Below, in pieces: positions 1-12,303 of a DNA stretch of 64,000 bases. The notes under the pieces were generated by a model, which saw only the letters and a program-made list of their open reading frames with translations, did no database searches and was not told where the DNA came from. Made by a program: the position numbers and the translations under genes. Positions within the stretch are counted from its first letter, which is position 1. Every line of letters starts with the position of its first letter. The DNA comes from Geosiphon pyriformis uo1. Its lineage: Eukaryota > Fungi > Glomeromycota. The DNA lies in contig JAAOMT010000275.1 in assembly GCA_016748015.1 (NCBI GenBank), positions 319,667-383,666 of the forward strand, given 5' to 3'.

Positions 1-152
1 TTGTCAATCCAAGATGATTTTGGTAATATTAGAATAAGAATTTCACAAATCTCAAGTGGTTTGTCCTTATTTCTTTTGATTCTGCCACTGTTTTGGATAA
101 TTGCTATTGGTACTAATTCTTTGTTAAATTATACCTTACAGAAAGCACCAAA
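1..152 (-). mobile_element. Start of the internal region (PBS and leader) of a minus-strand Gypsy element ('element 0', LTR family C); continues beyond the left edge of the window
   Basis: On the minus strand, TTTGGTGCTTTCTGTAAGG (152-134) directly follows the LTR end ...CACCTGTAATA. It is nearly the same PBS as element 1 (1194-1212). Confidence 0.8.
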
Positions 153-312
153 TATTACAGGTGATTATTTGAAGTATTAATACAAATAACAAACTCATAA
201 TTTGGTGCTTAATAAATGATATGGTTAATAATATCTGAAGGTTTTCATATCTGAAGGTTTTAGTTAAGTCCTTTGTATAATGGACAGAGATTCAAGTATT
301 GTTTTTATCTGT

Positions 313-1193
313 TGTTACTCATAAAAGAAAACAGATATAGAAAAATAGTAGACCAATAAGGGAGTAGTAGTTAGTACATAAGCACATTGCTCAGCAATAT
401 AAAGCAATATCAGAAATTATAGCACATTGCTTAGCAATACGAAGCAATATTAGAAAATTAGGACACATTGCTTAACAATGAAAGCATTGCTCAAAAAATC
501 ATAGCACATTGTTCAAGAATGTGAGCAATCTCATAGAACATAAATTAGGTATATATAGCAGTAGCATTAGAAGCAAAAAAACAGATCTCTTAGTTTAGAT
601 TTGATTCAAGCAACCTTACATATCACAAATATTAATAAATAATTATTCAATATCTTAAATCCACTTTCCACTATTAACACTTCATGTTGATAGTAATTAA
701 TACTTAACTACAGTAGAACAATAGCTCTTAATTATGGCTATTGATGAGATATTAACATTTATTGCCTTGGCTTATTTTTTTTATTTTCTTTTTCTTTTGT
801 TTTGTTATTTCTTGTTGTGTACTAATTGATTAAAAAATTAAAGTGCTGAGTTACTGACATCAGGATATAGTACTGGTAAAAGACCCAGGAATAAGGGTAA
901 ACACTCAGATTTGAGGATAGCTTACTAGAAGATTGCCTGCCACCATGTTGAGAAAAAAATTAATGAAATTACAATTCCGGAAAGTAACAGACAACAATTA
1001 TTTAATCTGCAGGTTAATACTGGAAACACTATTTAAAGAAAATCATATTGAAATCTTTGTCTATTATTTAAAAAACTCAACCAAAACCTTTAGATACAGT
1101 TAACTTTTAGAAATCAACATCATTAGGCATTAATTGAGCACCAAGTTATGGGTTTGTTATTTGTTTTAAGACTCCAAATAATCACCTGTAATA
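313..1193 (+). repeat. 5' LTR of element 1
   Basis: Runs TGTTACTC...CACCTGTAATA and is a direct repeat of 11456-12303. Contains a CCAAT box, four ~40-bp U3 subrepeats (381-535) and TATATATAG at ~550. Confidence 0.95.
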
Positions 1194-1212
1194 TTTAGTG
1201 CTTCCTGTGAGG
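1194..1212 (+). promoter_or_regulatory. Primer-binding site of element 1
   Basis: TTT(A<G)GTGCTTCCTGTGAGG is complementary to a tRNA 3' end ...CCTCACAGGAAGCACCA. The GTGAG/CTCAC T-stem resembles elongator Met or Ile(UAU) tRNA; the tRNA identity is inferred. Confidence 0.75.
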
Positions 1213-1715
1213 TATAATTCTACAGAAAACCAGCACCAACAAACACCCATCCAAAACAGTGGCAGAATTCGAAGAAATAGGGACAAATCATTTGGAATTC
1301 ACAAAATTCTTATTCCAATATTATCACACCCATCTTGGATTAACAAATAATAGTTGGCCAACAGAATTAACTTTTAACTGCTATATTAATAAGAAAATAG
1401 TATATCATTTGGAAGGCCAAGAAGATCCAGAATTTGTCTTTAACAATTTTTTCAGTAAACTACTCTAAAGCACCACCCTTCCACAAAATTACTTATTTAT
1501 ACCACTAATTACAGAAATAAACAGGGAAATTGAAAAATACACCAAGCAGAAATTTCCTATCACTTTTGCTAACAAAAGAAAAAGAAGATTACAAACACCA
1601 GCAGGAACACCTAAACAAAATCAATTACCCATTTAGAAGAAACAAAAATTTGATTTATCTGCTAATTTATCATATCGCCACATACCTGGAAGTACTATTA
1701 ATATAATAAGCATAG

Positions 1716-2696
1716 TGTTACTGGAGGTTTTTGGTCTCTTTTCTTGAATGTTGTTAATGCTGATTTGCTGTGAATTCACATTCTTAAGAAGTAATTGGAC
1801 CTTCAGTAACTAAATTTATCTTCAAATTATCTCCTATAATTTGAACTGCTGGGCTTATAAGTGGAATGGCCAATTCCGTGCCAGTTATTTTGTGTAGTTA
1901 TGTTGTAGTAAATGTCAACTTTTTTCCAGGAATTGCTCATTTAGAAGCTCACTAAAAATGTGTAGTTACTTTGCTGTGAAAGTCAACTCTTCTACAGGAA
2001 TCTCATCTGTAGGCTACCCTAATGATTATAATAAAAAAAATAAAAAAAATAAAAGAAATGTAAAAGAAAATAGAATTTTGTCAATGGAAACATTTTCTAT
2101 CCAGACCTGAAGTCACTAACAGTTTATTGAAATTGGTAGCTAATCAATTTCAAAATGTTAGTTGTGTTGAGAGAATTTCAAGTGTAATAATTTAAGAATT
2201 TGGTTTTTGAATATTTAATTTTTATTTAATTTTGTAAAAAAAATGATTTGTTCTAATTATATTTAGAATAAGATACTATGGTAAGATATTATGAGAAGAT
2301 ATGAATTGATACATTTTCTTGAAGAGAGAAGCTCTTCTTTTATACAACTTGTTGTAGTACTAGTCTTTGAACTTGCACTTTTCTTTTTGCTATAATTTGG
2401 GTGAACTAAAGATACATTTTGGCAAATTACAAGTTTATTTCACTGAACTATTGATTATTTTGGCAAATTTTCATTAATTTCGGCAAATTTTGACTATGTT
2501 AAATGGTTTAGGGTATTGTGTAATTTAATCATCTTAATTTCTATAGTACAAATCGGATTATTGATTGAATAATAATATTTGATAATTTGATTAAATAATA
2601 AGTGATAATCGAAATGATAATAATATATGCTAATTAATAATAGAAATTATAAGAGTAATTTTATGCTAATTAATAGCTAAAATTCTAATGGTAACA
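1716..2696 (-). mobile_element. Solo LTR, family B, nested in element 1 gag leader
   Basis: TGTTACTGG...GGTAACA, homologous to the LTRs of element 2. TSD ATAG/ACAG (one transition). Confidence 0.9.
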
Positions 2697-3888
2697 ACAG
2701 CTACAGTAAGCGTGACAACACTATTGAACAGAATCCTATTTTAAAGTAAACAAAAGAAAGCAGAATTATTAGAAACATATGGTAATTATTTTAAGAGATT
2801 TAAATTGCAATTCCCAACACCATTAAGAATTTGATCACCACCACCACAACCAGATTTTGGAGCCATTAGTCTTTGGGAAATAACTGATTCCGAGGAAAAA
2901 GAAAGTAGTAAACAAGAAATTAGCAAGTGAAATCTGATTCTAGAAAATTCAGAAATTGAAACTCTGGTTAATCAAACTTTGAAAAATCAGAATAATCCAA
3001 ACTCCAACATTATTACTCAGAAAAACTTACCTCTAATAGTCATAATTAATTCACCACCAGCCCCACCAATCAACAAACAGCAACAGCAAGCCACAATCAC
3101 CACCCTAGCAACAACTATAACAACAACCACAACAACAACTACTATTAGTACCAATGACATATGCACCTATTGCCAAAATTGAGAAATTCACCAGTGAAGA
3201 GGATGATGCCCAAGTATGGTTCAATGATATGGAAAAAGCCATCACAGCCAATGGATGAAATGATGATCAAGTCTTTCAAACAATTTTCTATTTTCTCTAA
3301 GATACTGCTGATTTATAGTACCAGAGTTTAGCCACTAAACCCCAAACTTTCCAAGAATTCAAACTGGAATTCATGAGATATTTCAGTAACAATAATAGCA
3401 TTAACTGCTTGACAAATATATTTACTATTATAAGACAAAGAGAAACTGAAACAGTCACTACTTACCTAGAATGCTTTCATAGAAACTTGCACCAAATACA
3501 AGCAATTGATGTGAATTACTTTACAGCACCACAGATTTTGAACCAGTTCATCTGTGAATTATGCAGTAGCATCCTTCAGCACATATGCCCAATGCACCCA
3601 CAAACTCTTCAAGATACAGTTACCAATGCAAGAGATTTTGAATTCACAGAACTCGAAACTAACCATGCTAAAACTGTCAATCTAGTGATAAATAGATCAT
3701 CTAAACTGGATTCCAAATTGAAACAACTCAGTAATTCAATTAATCAGAAATTAAAAGGATACTTAACTAACAATCACGCAATTTATCAGCCACCCCAATG
3801 ACACAATAATTTTAGAAACATGAATCACTCCCAAAATCAGGTGCATTCTTTATCATTATCCAATTAGTCATGACAGCAAGAGATGCAT

Positions 3889-4860
3889 TGTTACCAGTAG
3901 AATTTTAGCTATTAATTAGCATAAAATTACCCTTATAATTTCTATTATTAATTAGCATATATTATTATTATTTCAATTATCACTTATTATTTAATCAAAT
4001 TATTAAATATCATTACTCAATCAATAATCCGATTTGTACTCTAAAAATTAAGATGATCAAATTACACAATACTCTGAACTATTTAGTATAGTCAAAATTC
4101 GCCGAAATTAATGAAAATTGGCCGAAATAATCAAATAGTTCAGTAAAATAACTTGTAGTTTGTCAAAATGTATCTTTAGTTCACCCAAATTGTAGCAAAG
4201 AGAAAAGTACAAGTTCAAAGACTAGTACTATAACAAGTTGTATAAAAAAAAAGCTTCTCTCTTCAAGAAAATGTATCTTCTCATAGTATTTTATCATAGC
4301 ATCCTACTCTAGGTATCTTAATTGAAACAAATCATTTTTTATACATCTTAAATAAAAATTAAATATTTGAAAACCAAATTCTTAAATTATTGCATTTGAA
4401 ATTCCCTTAACACAACTAATGTTTTGAAATTGATTAGCTACCAATTTCAATAAACTGTTAGTGACTCCAGGCCTGGATAGAAAACGTTTTTCTCTGATAA
4501 AATTCTATTTTTTTTATATTTTTTATATTTTTTTTTTCCTTTCTTATCATAATCATTAGGGTAGCCTACAGACAAGATTCCTGTAAAAAAGTTGACTTTT
4601 ACAGCAAAATAACTACACATTTTTAGTAAGCTTCCAGATGAGCAATTCCTGAGAAAGAGTTGACATTTACTACAACATAACTATACAAGTAACTGGCAAG
4701 AAATTGGCTATTCTACTTATAAGCCCAGCAGTTCAAATTATAGAAGATAATTTGAAGATAAATTCAGTTATTGGAGGTCTAATTACTTCTAGAAAACATA
4801 AAATTAGCAAATCAAACATTAACAACATTCAAAAAAAGAGACCAAAAACCTCCAGTAACA
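3889..4860 (+). mobile_element. Solo LTR, family B, nested in element 1 gag
   Basis: TGTTACCAG...CCAGTAACA, the reverse complement of 1716-2696. TSD GCAT/GTAT. Confidence 0.9.
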
Positions 4861-5489
4861 GTATAGCTGTCACAATTGTGGTAGACAAGGTCATTTGAGA
4901 ATTGACTGCCATTTTTATAATAAAAACTCATGATCAGAAAATCAATATCGAAATCTCAATTGCAAGTTTCAAACTCTGAATCAATACTCAAATTAGGATT
5001 AATACTTATTTTATTACACCCAAATAATGCAACAGCCAATTTATCAACCACCAATATATTAAGCTCTAATTTATCAGCTGACAAACCCCATTATTTATCA
5101 GCCACAGTTGCAAGTAATATACCAGCCCTAACAGATTCAAACACTGCCACAAAACTTACCTTAAACCAGAACACAAAGGCCAAAAATAACACAACAAAAC
5201 TGGAGATTGGCAATAGTTGTCCATCAACCAATTCTCAGTTCTTCCACTCAACAATCAGAAACACGCTCTTGGAATTTGGAGACTAGATACATGCAAAATC
5301 TGAATTCTCAACACTATTTAAGTATTTTGGTTATCTCAAAAGACACCTTATCCAACTAAAACAAACACTTACCAGCAACATACCTCCAGCCACTATAACC
5401 TATGATGAATTACTAGTAGCAATCTTTTCATTTGAATTCGAGGAACTATTACAAACACCATTGTTCAGTAGAGCCATGCTCAAAGAGAA

Positions 5490-8400
5490 ACCTATTACTG
5501 CTATGTACACTAATGTTAAAGTTAATGGTCAGGCCATAAAACTAATCCTAAATAATGGTTCAATAGGCAGCATTATTACATAACAATTCATAGACCAATT
5601 AGATTGCCGAGTTGATTGAGCTGTCAGCACAAGAATAATTACAGCTAATAGAGCCACCAAGACACCAATTGGTGAAATAGATAACTTATCCATCAAAATC
5701 AATGACATTATCACTTCTATCAAAGTCTTGATAATAGAAGCAACACAATACTAAGCACTAGTTGGCAATGATTGGTTGTTCAAAACCAATGCCATGCTTG
5801 ATTGGACCATGCAAGAGCTCCAACTCAGTATAAACAGTCAGCACACACATGTACCAGCCATGTATGACCACTTTCGAATAAACACAACAACCATACTACT
5901 AATAGAACTCAAGAAAGAAAAAAAAACCTACTTGGAAAGCCTATTAAGTCTCATGGACTGACACTGATCACAACAAACTGCCACTAGTACTATCCTGGAA
6001 CAACAATAAAAAGGAAAAGCAAAAAGAAGAACTTACCAAAAATATTAACCAAATATGGCAGACTGATGATGATGGCACTGAACTAACACCAACTTAGGAG
6101 TGAAAAAAGAATAACAAAGGAAAAGAAAAAAAGAAGGAAGAAGAGCCAATACCAACCACTACTGCCATTTATACATCATACACTTATACTCCAATACAAC
6201 CATCTAACTATCACTAACCGAAACTGGTATGCATTGATTGTGGTAAAAAATTGTTGTCAATGGGCATGTGCTGTGACAATAATGAAGAATACTCTATGGC
6301 AACTAAATTCTACTGCTGCCCATGCATCCTAGAATGCTTTAGAAGACCAAAATGGCAAAAAAAATGGGACAATAAATCTTGTTTTGTTTGTGGAAAAACC
6401 CTATTAAACAAAAAAATGTGAAATGACATTTCTGGATGAGGAAAAATCTGTGACAAATTGTGTCAATACACAATTCTAATTAGTAACTGGGTAAGAAAAG
6501 GGAATCCCATAGAAGCTGCTTGGAGAAGAGCAGTAAAATGTCTAGATGGTTGTTCATATGACAATGACAAAATCTGGCAAATGGCACTTGTCAAAATTAA
6601 AAAAGCATCACCAGAAGAAATAAAAATGATTAAAAACAATTCACCAGAATCCATAAAACTTGACTGGAGCCCAAACTCAGATATTATCCTAGAGCCTATG
6701 GACCCAGAACAATTTCACAAGCACTACTAAGAATTAGTATCTACTTGAGAAGAACAAGAGCAATGGTTGGAAGAAATAAACACCCAACTATGTAACTATT
6801 GTTTAATTTTCTGTAACTTCCAATATTGTAATGAGTATGACCTCATTTACAATCTATTACCATGCATAATCTACACAATCCAGAAAAAAGAAGAACCAAT
6901 CAGCAACTGTGTATCAGAATTGGAATCAATTTTCAATCTTGATTCAAACTTTGACAACAATGACAACAAAAACAATAGTTCTAGCTCTATGCAAACTGGC
7001 AATGCCAACAACAATGATTCAGACTTAGATTTAAACTCCAAACAATATATTGCACTCCCTGATCTCATTAAGAAGCAAACTCTGAAATGGTTCAATGATA
7101 ATAATGAAGGCATTTTGCCTAAATGTGCACATAATACAGATGCAGAGTTTAATCTAAGATATCTGAGAAAAAATACCATTAAATTAAAATCATATTTATA
7201 CATCTGTATTAATTTCAAAATAGCATTAGAAATCTTAGTAACAACAATGGTTCAACTAGCATCTAGAAGTAGCTTAGCAAAAAAAAGAATCAACATCAGA
7301 GGAGGAATAATTGATGCAGAATATATGAGAAATATTATTGCAATGCTACAAAATGACTCAAAAAAAGCTTATATCATAGAGCCAAATGAAAACATAGCAC
7401 AAACAATATTCTTGCCTCTGGTTAAAATAGCTCAATTAGTATTAGTAAGAAACAGGGAAGAATTAGAGATTACAGTTAGAGAGATACAGGGTTTCAAATC
7501 AACAGATAGAATAAATGTACCAGTTAATATGGCAGAGAAAAAAATTATTAACAAGAGAAAAATTATCTCCACTTGTCAATCAATTTCCATTTCACCATAT
7601 AATCAGTACATGTTAGTCATAGAAAGGAAAGTGAAGGATCAGATACAGATTTTTGAAGCAGAAGCAACACTTTGTGAATCAGAAAAAATTGGATTAGTCA
7701 ATCTACACATACCAGTCAAGAACCACAGTTACATCAAAATTTCTATTTACAACAACATGGGAAACACCATTAAGATACCAGAAGGAACAACCATTGGATA
7801 TTTAACTACTGAAATTAAAAACCAACTGCCAAACACCATTCCAGACTTTTCACAACTGTGTGAATATGTAAATATCACATCTCAAACAATATACAAACAA
7901 AAAGAATGTTATCTGCTTCAATCAGAACAATTGGAACAGATGAACTTAGAAAATCTAGACCTACTACAATATATGCAGCTCAAGATGTTACTTAACAACT
8001 TCAATGACATCTTTGCCAGCAAAAATGAATTTGGCAGAATAGACATAATTCAGCATCAGATCAAGACTAGAGATACAATGCTAATTAAACAAAAAGCATA
8101 CAGAGTACCACCAGTCAGCCATGAGATCATTCATTAAGAAATCAATTAGATGCTTAACAATGGGCTAATTCAGCCATCAATGAGTCCATGGTTATCACCA
8201 GTAGTACTTGTTCATAAGAAAAATGGAAAAATCCACTTTTGTGTAGATTACCGAAAACTGAATAAAGTAACCAAAGGAGATAGCTATCTAACACCAAAAA
8301 TCCAAAAGCTGTTCGACACTTTTGAAGGAAAAAAATGGTTTTCAACTTTAGATTTAGACAGTGATTATTGGCAAGTAGCCATGAACTCAAAAGACAAAAA

Positions 8401-10625
8401 GAAAATGGCTTTTACAACTCAAAAAAAAATTTTGAATTTGAAGTTATACTATTTGGCTTGATGAATGCTCTGGCCATATTTTAATGATTTATGAAAATTG
8501 TTTATACTGGATTACTATAGAAATCAGTAGTTGTATATCTAAATAACACTAATGTATTCTCCAAAACATTTAATGATTATTTACATTATTTTTAACAAGT
8601 ATTTGAAAGACTAAGAAGAGCTGGATTAAAATTAAATACAACCAAGTGTTTCTTTGGAAAAACTGAATTCAAGTTTTTGAGACATGTCATGAGCAAAGAT
8701 GGAATCAAAACAGATCCAGACAAAATTAAGATAGTTAAGAACTTTCCAGTACCTACTAACTTAACAAAACTACGAGCATTCTTAGGATTTGCAGATTACT
8801 ACTGCCATTTTATCAAAGACTTTTCCAAACTGGCTTAGCCATTATACCAGCTTCAAACAAAGAACACCAGATATGAATAGACAGAAACTCAGCAAGAAGC
8901 TTTTGATACATTAAGAAAAAAGCTTATTTAAGCTCCAGTACTGATCTATTCAGATCATAACAAGCTATTTATAATTACAACAGATGCATTTGGTCAAGCA
9001 TTAGAAGCAGTACTATCTCAGAAAAGACCGAATAGATAAGAATATCTAGTAACTTATGCCAGCAGAAGCTTAAGTCCAGTTAAAAAGAACTATAAAACTC
9101 CAACACTAGAACACTTAGCTATTTATTGGGTTGTTATCAAATGGAAAAAATATTTGAGTCAAAAGTTTGATGTGTACACTAATCACAAAGAATTAACCTC
9201 AATTCAGAAACAAAAATTTGGAGATGATTGCTATGCCAGATAGAAAATAAAACTTTCATTATTTAATTATACAATACATTATAAAAAGAGAAAAAAAACA
9301 GAAATGCTGATGGCTTGTCATGAATGAAACAAATCTAAAAACATTTTACCCCAAAAATACAACAAAAGATGAATGCACAAAAATATCAACAACTCCAGCA
9401 CTATATAAATACTCAACAGTTTAAGGAAAAATTATATCAAAAAGAACAAAACAACATAAAACAACAAGCAAAATATTTTATCAATCATCAAAATATACTT
9501 TACCAAAAAAACAAAAAAAATCCAGATCAACCAACCAGAGTAATTACAAAATCAGAGAAAAAAACAATATTATTCAACATGCACTCTGATCCAACAGCAG
9601 GACATTTTCACAAAGAAACAACCATAGAAAGAATCAAAAAAAGATATTATTGGCCATTAATGTATTCAGATATTATCCAATATGTTCAAAACTGTGATGC
9701 TTGTCAGAGAAGAAGAGAAACAAGATTCAGTAAATCATTAAGACCAACCAAAATGGGACAACCATTTGATCACATTGGAATTGACTTAGTCAGACCATTA
9801 ACAATAATCAGCAGAGGCAACAGATATATTGCAGTAGTCATAAACTATCTTACAAAACGGCCAAAAGCAAAAACCATTCAAAGAGCAGATATAGAAGCCA
9901 TTGCCAAATTTGTTCATCAAAATGTAATCTGTTAATATGGTTGTCCAAAAAAACTATTATCAGATCAAGGAACTTACTTTGTGAATAGAACATTGGCAGA
10001 ATTAAGTTAAAGATTTGGGATAAAAAAACTATTATCATTATCATACCATTTACAAACAAATGGGTTAGTTAAAAGATTTAACAAAACATTGTGTAAAGCA
10101 ATTGTCAAAATCAGCCAAGAAAACCAGGATGAATGGGATTTGTTTATACTATCAGTATTATTTGCTTATCAGACAATAAAGCAAGATACTACACAAACAA
10201 CACTATTTGAATTAGTATATGGTAGAACAGCAACATTACCAGTTGAGATGAAAGTTAAAACATATTCAACAGAACCAATAACAGAGGAAAATTTCCAAAG
10301 AACATTGTTGAAAAGAACATATGATTTAATAGAGACACTAGAAAACAAATGGCAAAGAACAGCTGATAACATCCAAAAGTCACAAGAAAAACAAAAAAAA
10401 AGACATGATAACCAACTATTAGATAAACCAGTTGAATTCAAGATTGGAGACAAAGTATTTCTACATCATACCAAAGCGAAAAAACAATGGAGTAGAAAAT
10501 TTGACTCCAAATGAAATGGACCATTTTACATAGAAAAAATTTTAGAAAATAAAGCTTATAAATTAAGATTGAACAACAAAATCTTAATCAAAACAGCACA
10601 TAGAGATCGACTGAAAGTATATCAA
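5490..10625 (+). pseudogene. pol: pol of element 1: protease (~5490-5880), Cys-rich domain (~6215-6860), dUTPase (~7085-7510), RT (~8030-8750), RNase H (~8930-9325), integrase with GPY/F (~9540-10625)
   Basis: Protease LILNNGS (from LDSGS) and LVGNDWL. dUTPase ASRSSLAK, GGIIDAEY, RxIQGFKST. RT SPWLSPVVLVHKKNG, FCVDYRKLN, YLNN (from YLDD). RNase H TTDA. Integrase HxxxxxGH...YYWP...CDACQ, GIDLV, GPF. Multiple stops and frameshifts. Confidence 0.92.
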
Positions 10626-10878
10626 AACATGACATTAGCATTTACCAGTAATATTTCACAACTGGGAGCACAAAAAATACTAATTCAACCAGAAGAGATT
10701 TCATGAGATTTGGAACCAATTATAATTATTAAACCAAACATGTTAAATTAAACAACCAAAAGAGTATATAAAGACACAGTATACATGACAAAAGCAACAA
10801 AAAAAAATAGAAATACCAGACCATATTCACATTTTAGCTTAACAATTGTTTTAGGCTTTAAGTTAACAACAAATAAAC

Positions 10879-11441
10879 ATGAAAATTATCATCAACAACC
10901 AAACAATCTGTTATTAAAACACCAAATAAAAAGGAAAAAGTACACTATATTAGTGACTACAGAAACAATCAATAAACTGGTCAAATAAAATAGTAGAAAA
11001 AGTAAAGAACACTTTTGGAAAAATAACTATTATCACTTCAACAGAAGAACTGATGAAAGAAAATTGGAACCAATGGATAAACCAACTTCCAATACCATAC
11101 TGCTACTATCAATTAGGACAAAAAGTAGATATTCAAAAGTTATATCTTAACAAATCCAAGAGAATCTTTAATCAAGAGATAATCTGGAACATTGAAGACA
11201 TTATTGAAAAGAAAACAAACTTGACACTACACATTAGGACCATTTATTAACTACACACTATATTTCAAAACTATCCAGAAATATTGTTACACTCTGACAT
11301 GGAAACAATAACTATCAACTAATAGGGAAGAATGAACAATTCACAAATTGAAAAAATAAAGAGTAGGGTAGAACAGATGTTATTTGAAAAAGAAGTATTT
11401 AACATAATTCAAAATAAGGATTTTGACAAAGCTCAATATTA
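10879..11441 (+). pseudogene. ORF3 of element 1 between integrase and PPT (non-Env, unknown function)
   Basis: Interrupted frame ...PYCYYQLGQK...IRTIY*LHTIFQNYPEIL...; aligns by eye with ORF3 of element 2. Confidence 0.65.
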
Positions 11442-11455
11442 AAAGGAGGAGATAA

Positions 11456-12303
11456 TATTACTCATAAAAAAAAACAGATATAAAAAAATAGTAGACCAAT
11501 AAGAAAGTAGTAGTCAATATGTAAGCACATTGCTCAGCAATGTGGAGCAATGTTAAAAAATTAGGACATATTGCTTAACAATAAGAGCATTGCTCAAGAA
11601 ATTATAACACATTACTTAAGAATATAAGCAATCTCATAGAACATAAATTAGGTATATATAACAGTAGCATTAGAAACAAAAAAAACAGACTTTTTAGTTT
11701 AGATTTGATCTAAACAATCTTATATATTACAAATATCAATAAATAATTATTCAATATCTCAAATCTACTTCTCACTATTAACATTTTATGTTAATAGTAA
11801 TTGATACTTAACTATACCAGAACAATAGCTCTTAATCATGGCTATTGACGGGATATTAACATTTATTGTCTTGGCTTATTTCTTTATTTTCTTTTATTTT
11901 ATTTTTTTTGTTTTGTTATTTTTGGTTGTGTACTAATTAATTAAAGAATTAAAGTGCTGAGTTACTGACATCAGAATATAGTATTGGTAAAAGACCCAGG
12001 AATAAGAATAGACACTCAGATTTAAGAATAGCTTACCAAGAGATTGCCAGCCACCACATCAAGAAAAAAATTGATAGAATTGTGATTCTGGGAAGTGATA
12101 GACAACAATTATTTAATCTGTAGATTGACATTAGAAACACCATTTAAAGAAAATCACATTGAAATCTCTGTTTATTATACAAAGAACTTAATCAAAACCT
12201 TCAGATACAGTTAACTTTTAGAAATTAACATATCAGTCATCAATTGAGCACCAAGTTATGGATTTGTTATTTGCTTTAAGACTTCAAATTATTACCTATA
12301 ACA
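11456..12303 (+). repeat. 3' LTR of element 1
   Basis: TATTACTC (TG>TA)...CCTATAACA. Preceded by PPT AAAAGGAGGAGATAA and followed by TSD CTGT. Confidence 0.95.

Larger units (their letters stand above)
1215..4915 (+). pseudogene. gag: gag of element 1: long N-terminal extension, capsid-like core from ~3154, CCHC zinc knuckle; interrupted by two solo LTRs
   Basis: Capsid-type motifs KFTxEEDDAQVW...AITANGW...IRQxETExVTTYLxxF...ILNQFIxxL (ORF 3373-3801). CHNCGRQGHLRIDC at 4868-4909. Many stop codons. Confidence 0.85.
313..12303 (+). mobile_element. Full-length degenerate Ty3/Gypsy LTR retrotransposon, element 1 (family A), containing two nested solo LTRs
   Basis: Paired LTRs at 313-1193 and 11456-12303. 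4-bp TSD CTGT (309-312 / 12304-12307). PBS at 1194-1212, PPT at 11441-11455. Domain order gag-PR-dUTPase-RT-RH-IN. Confidence 0.95.

Noticed and set aside
1716-4860. ~1-kb inverted repeat pair suggesting a DIRS or foldback element
   Set aside because: These are two independent solo LTRs in opposite orientation, each with its own TSD.
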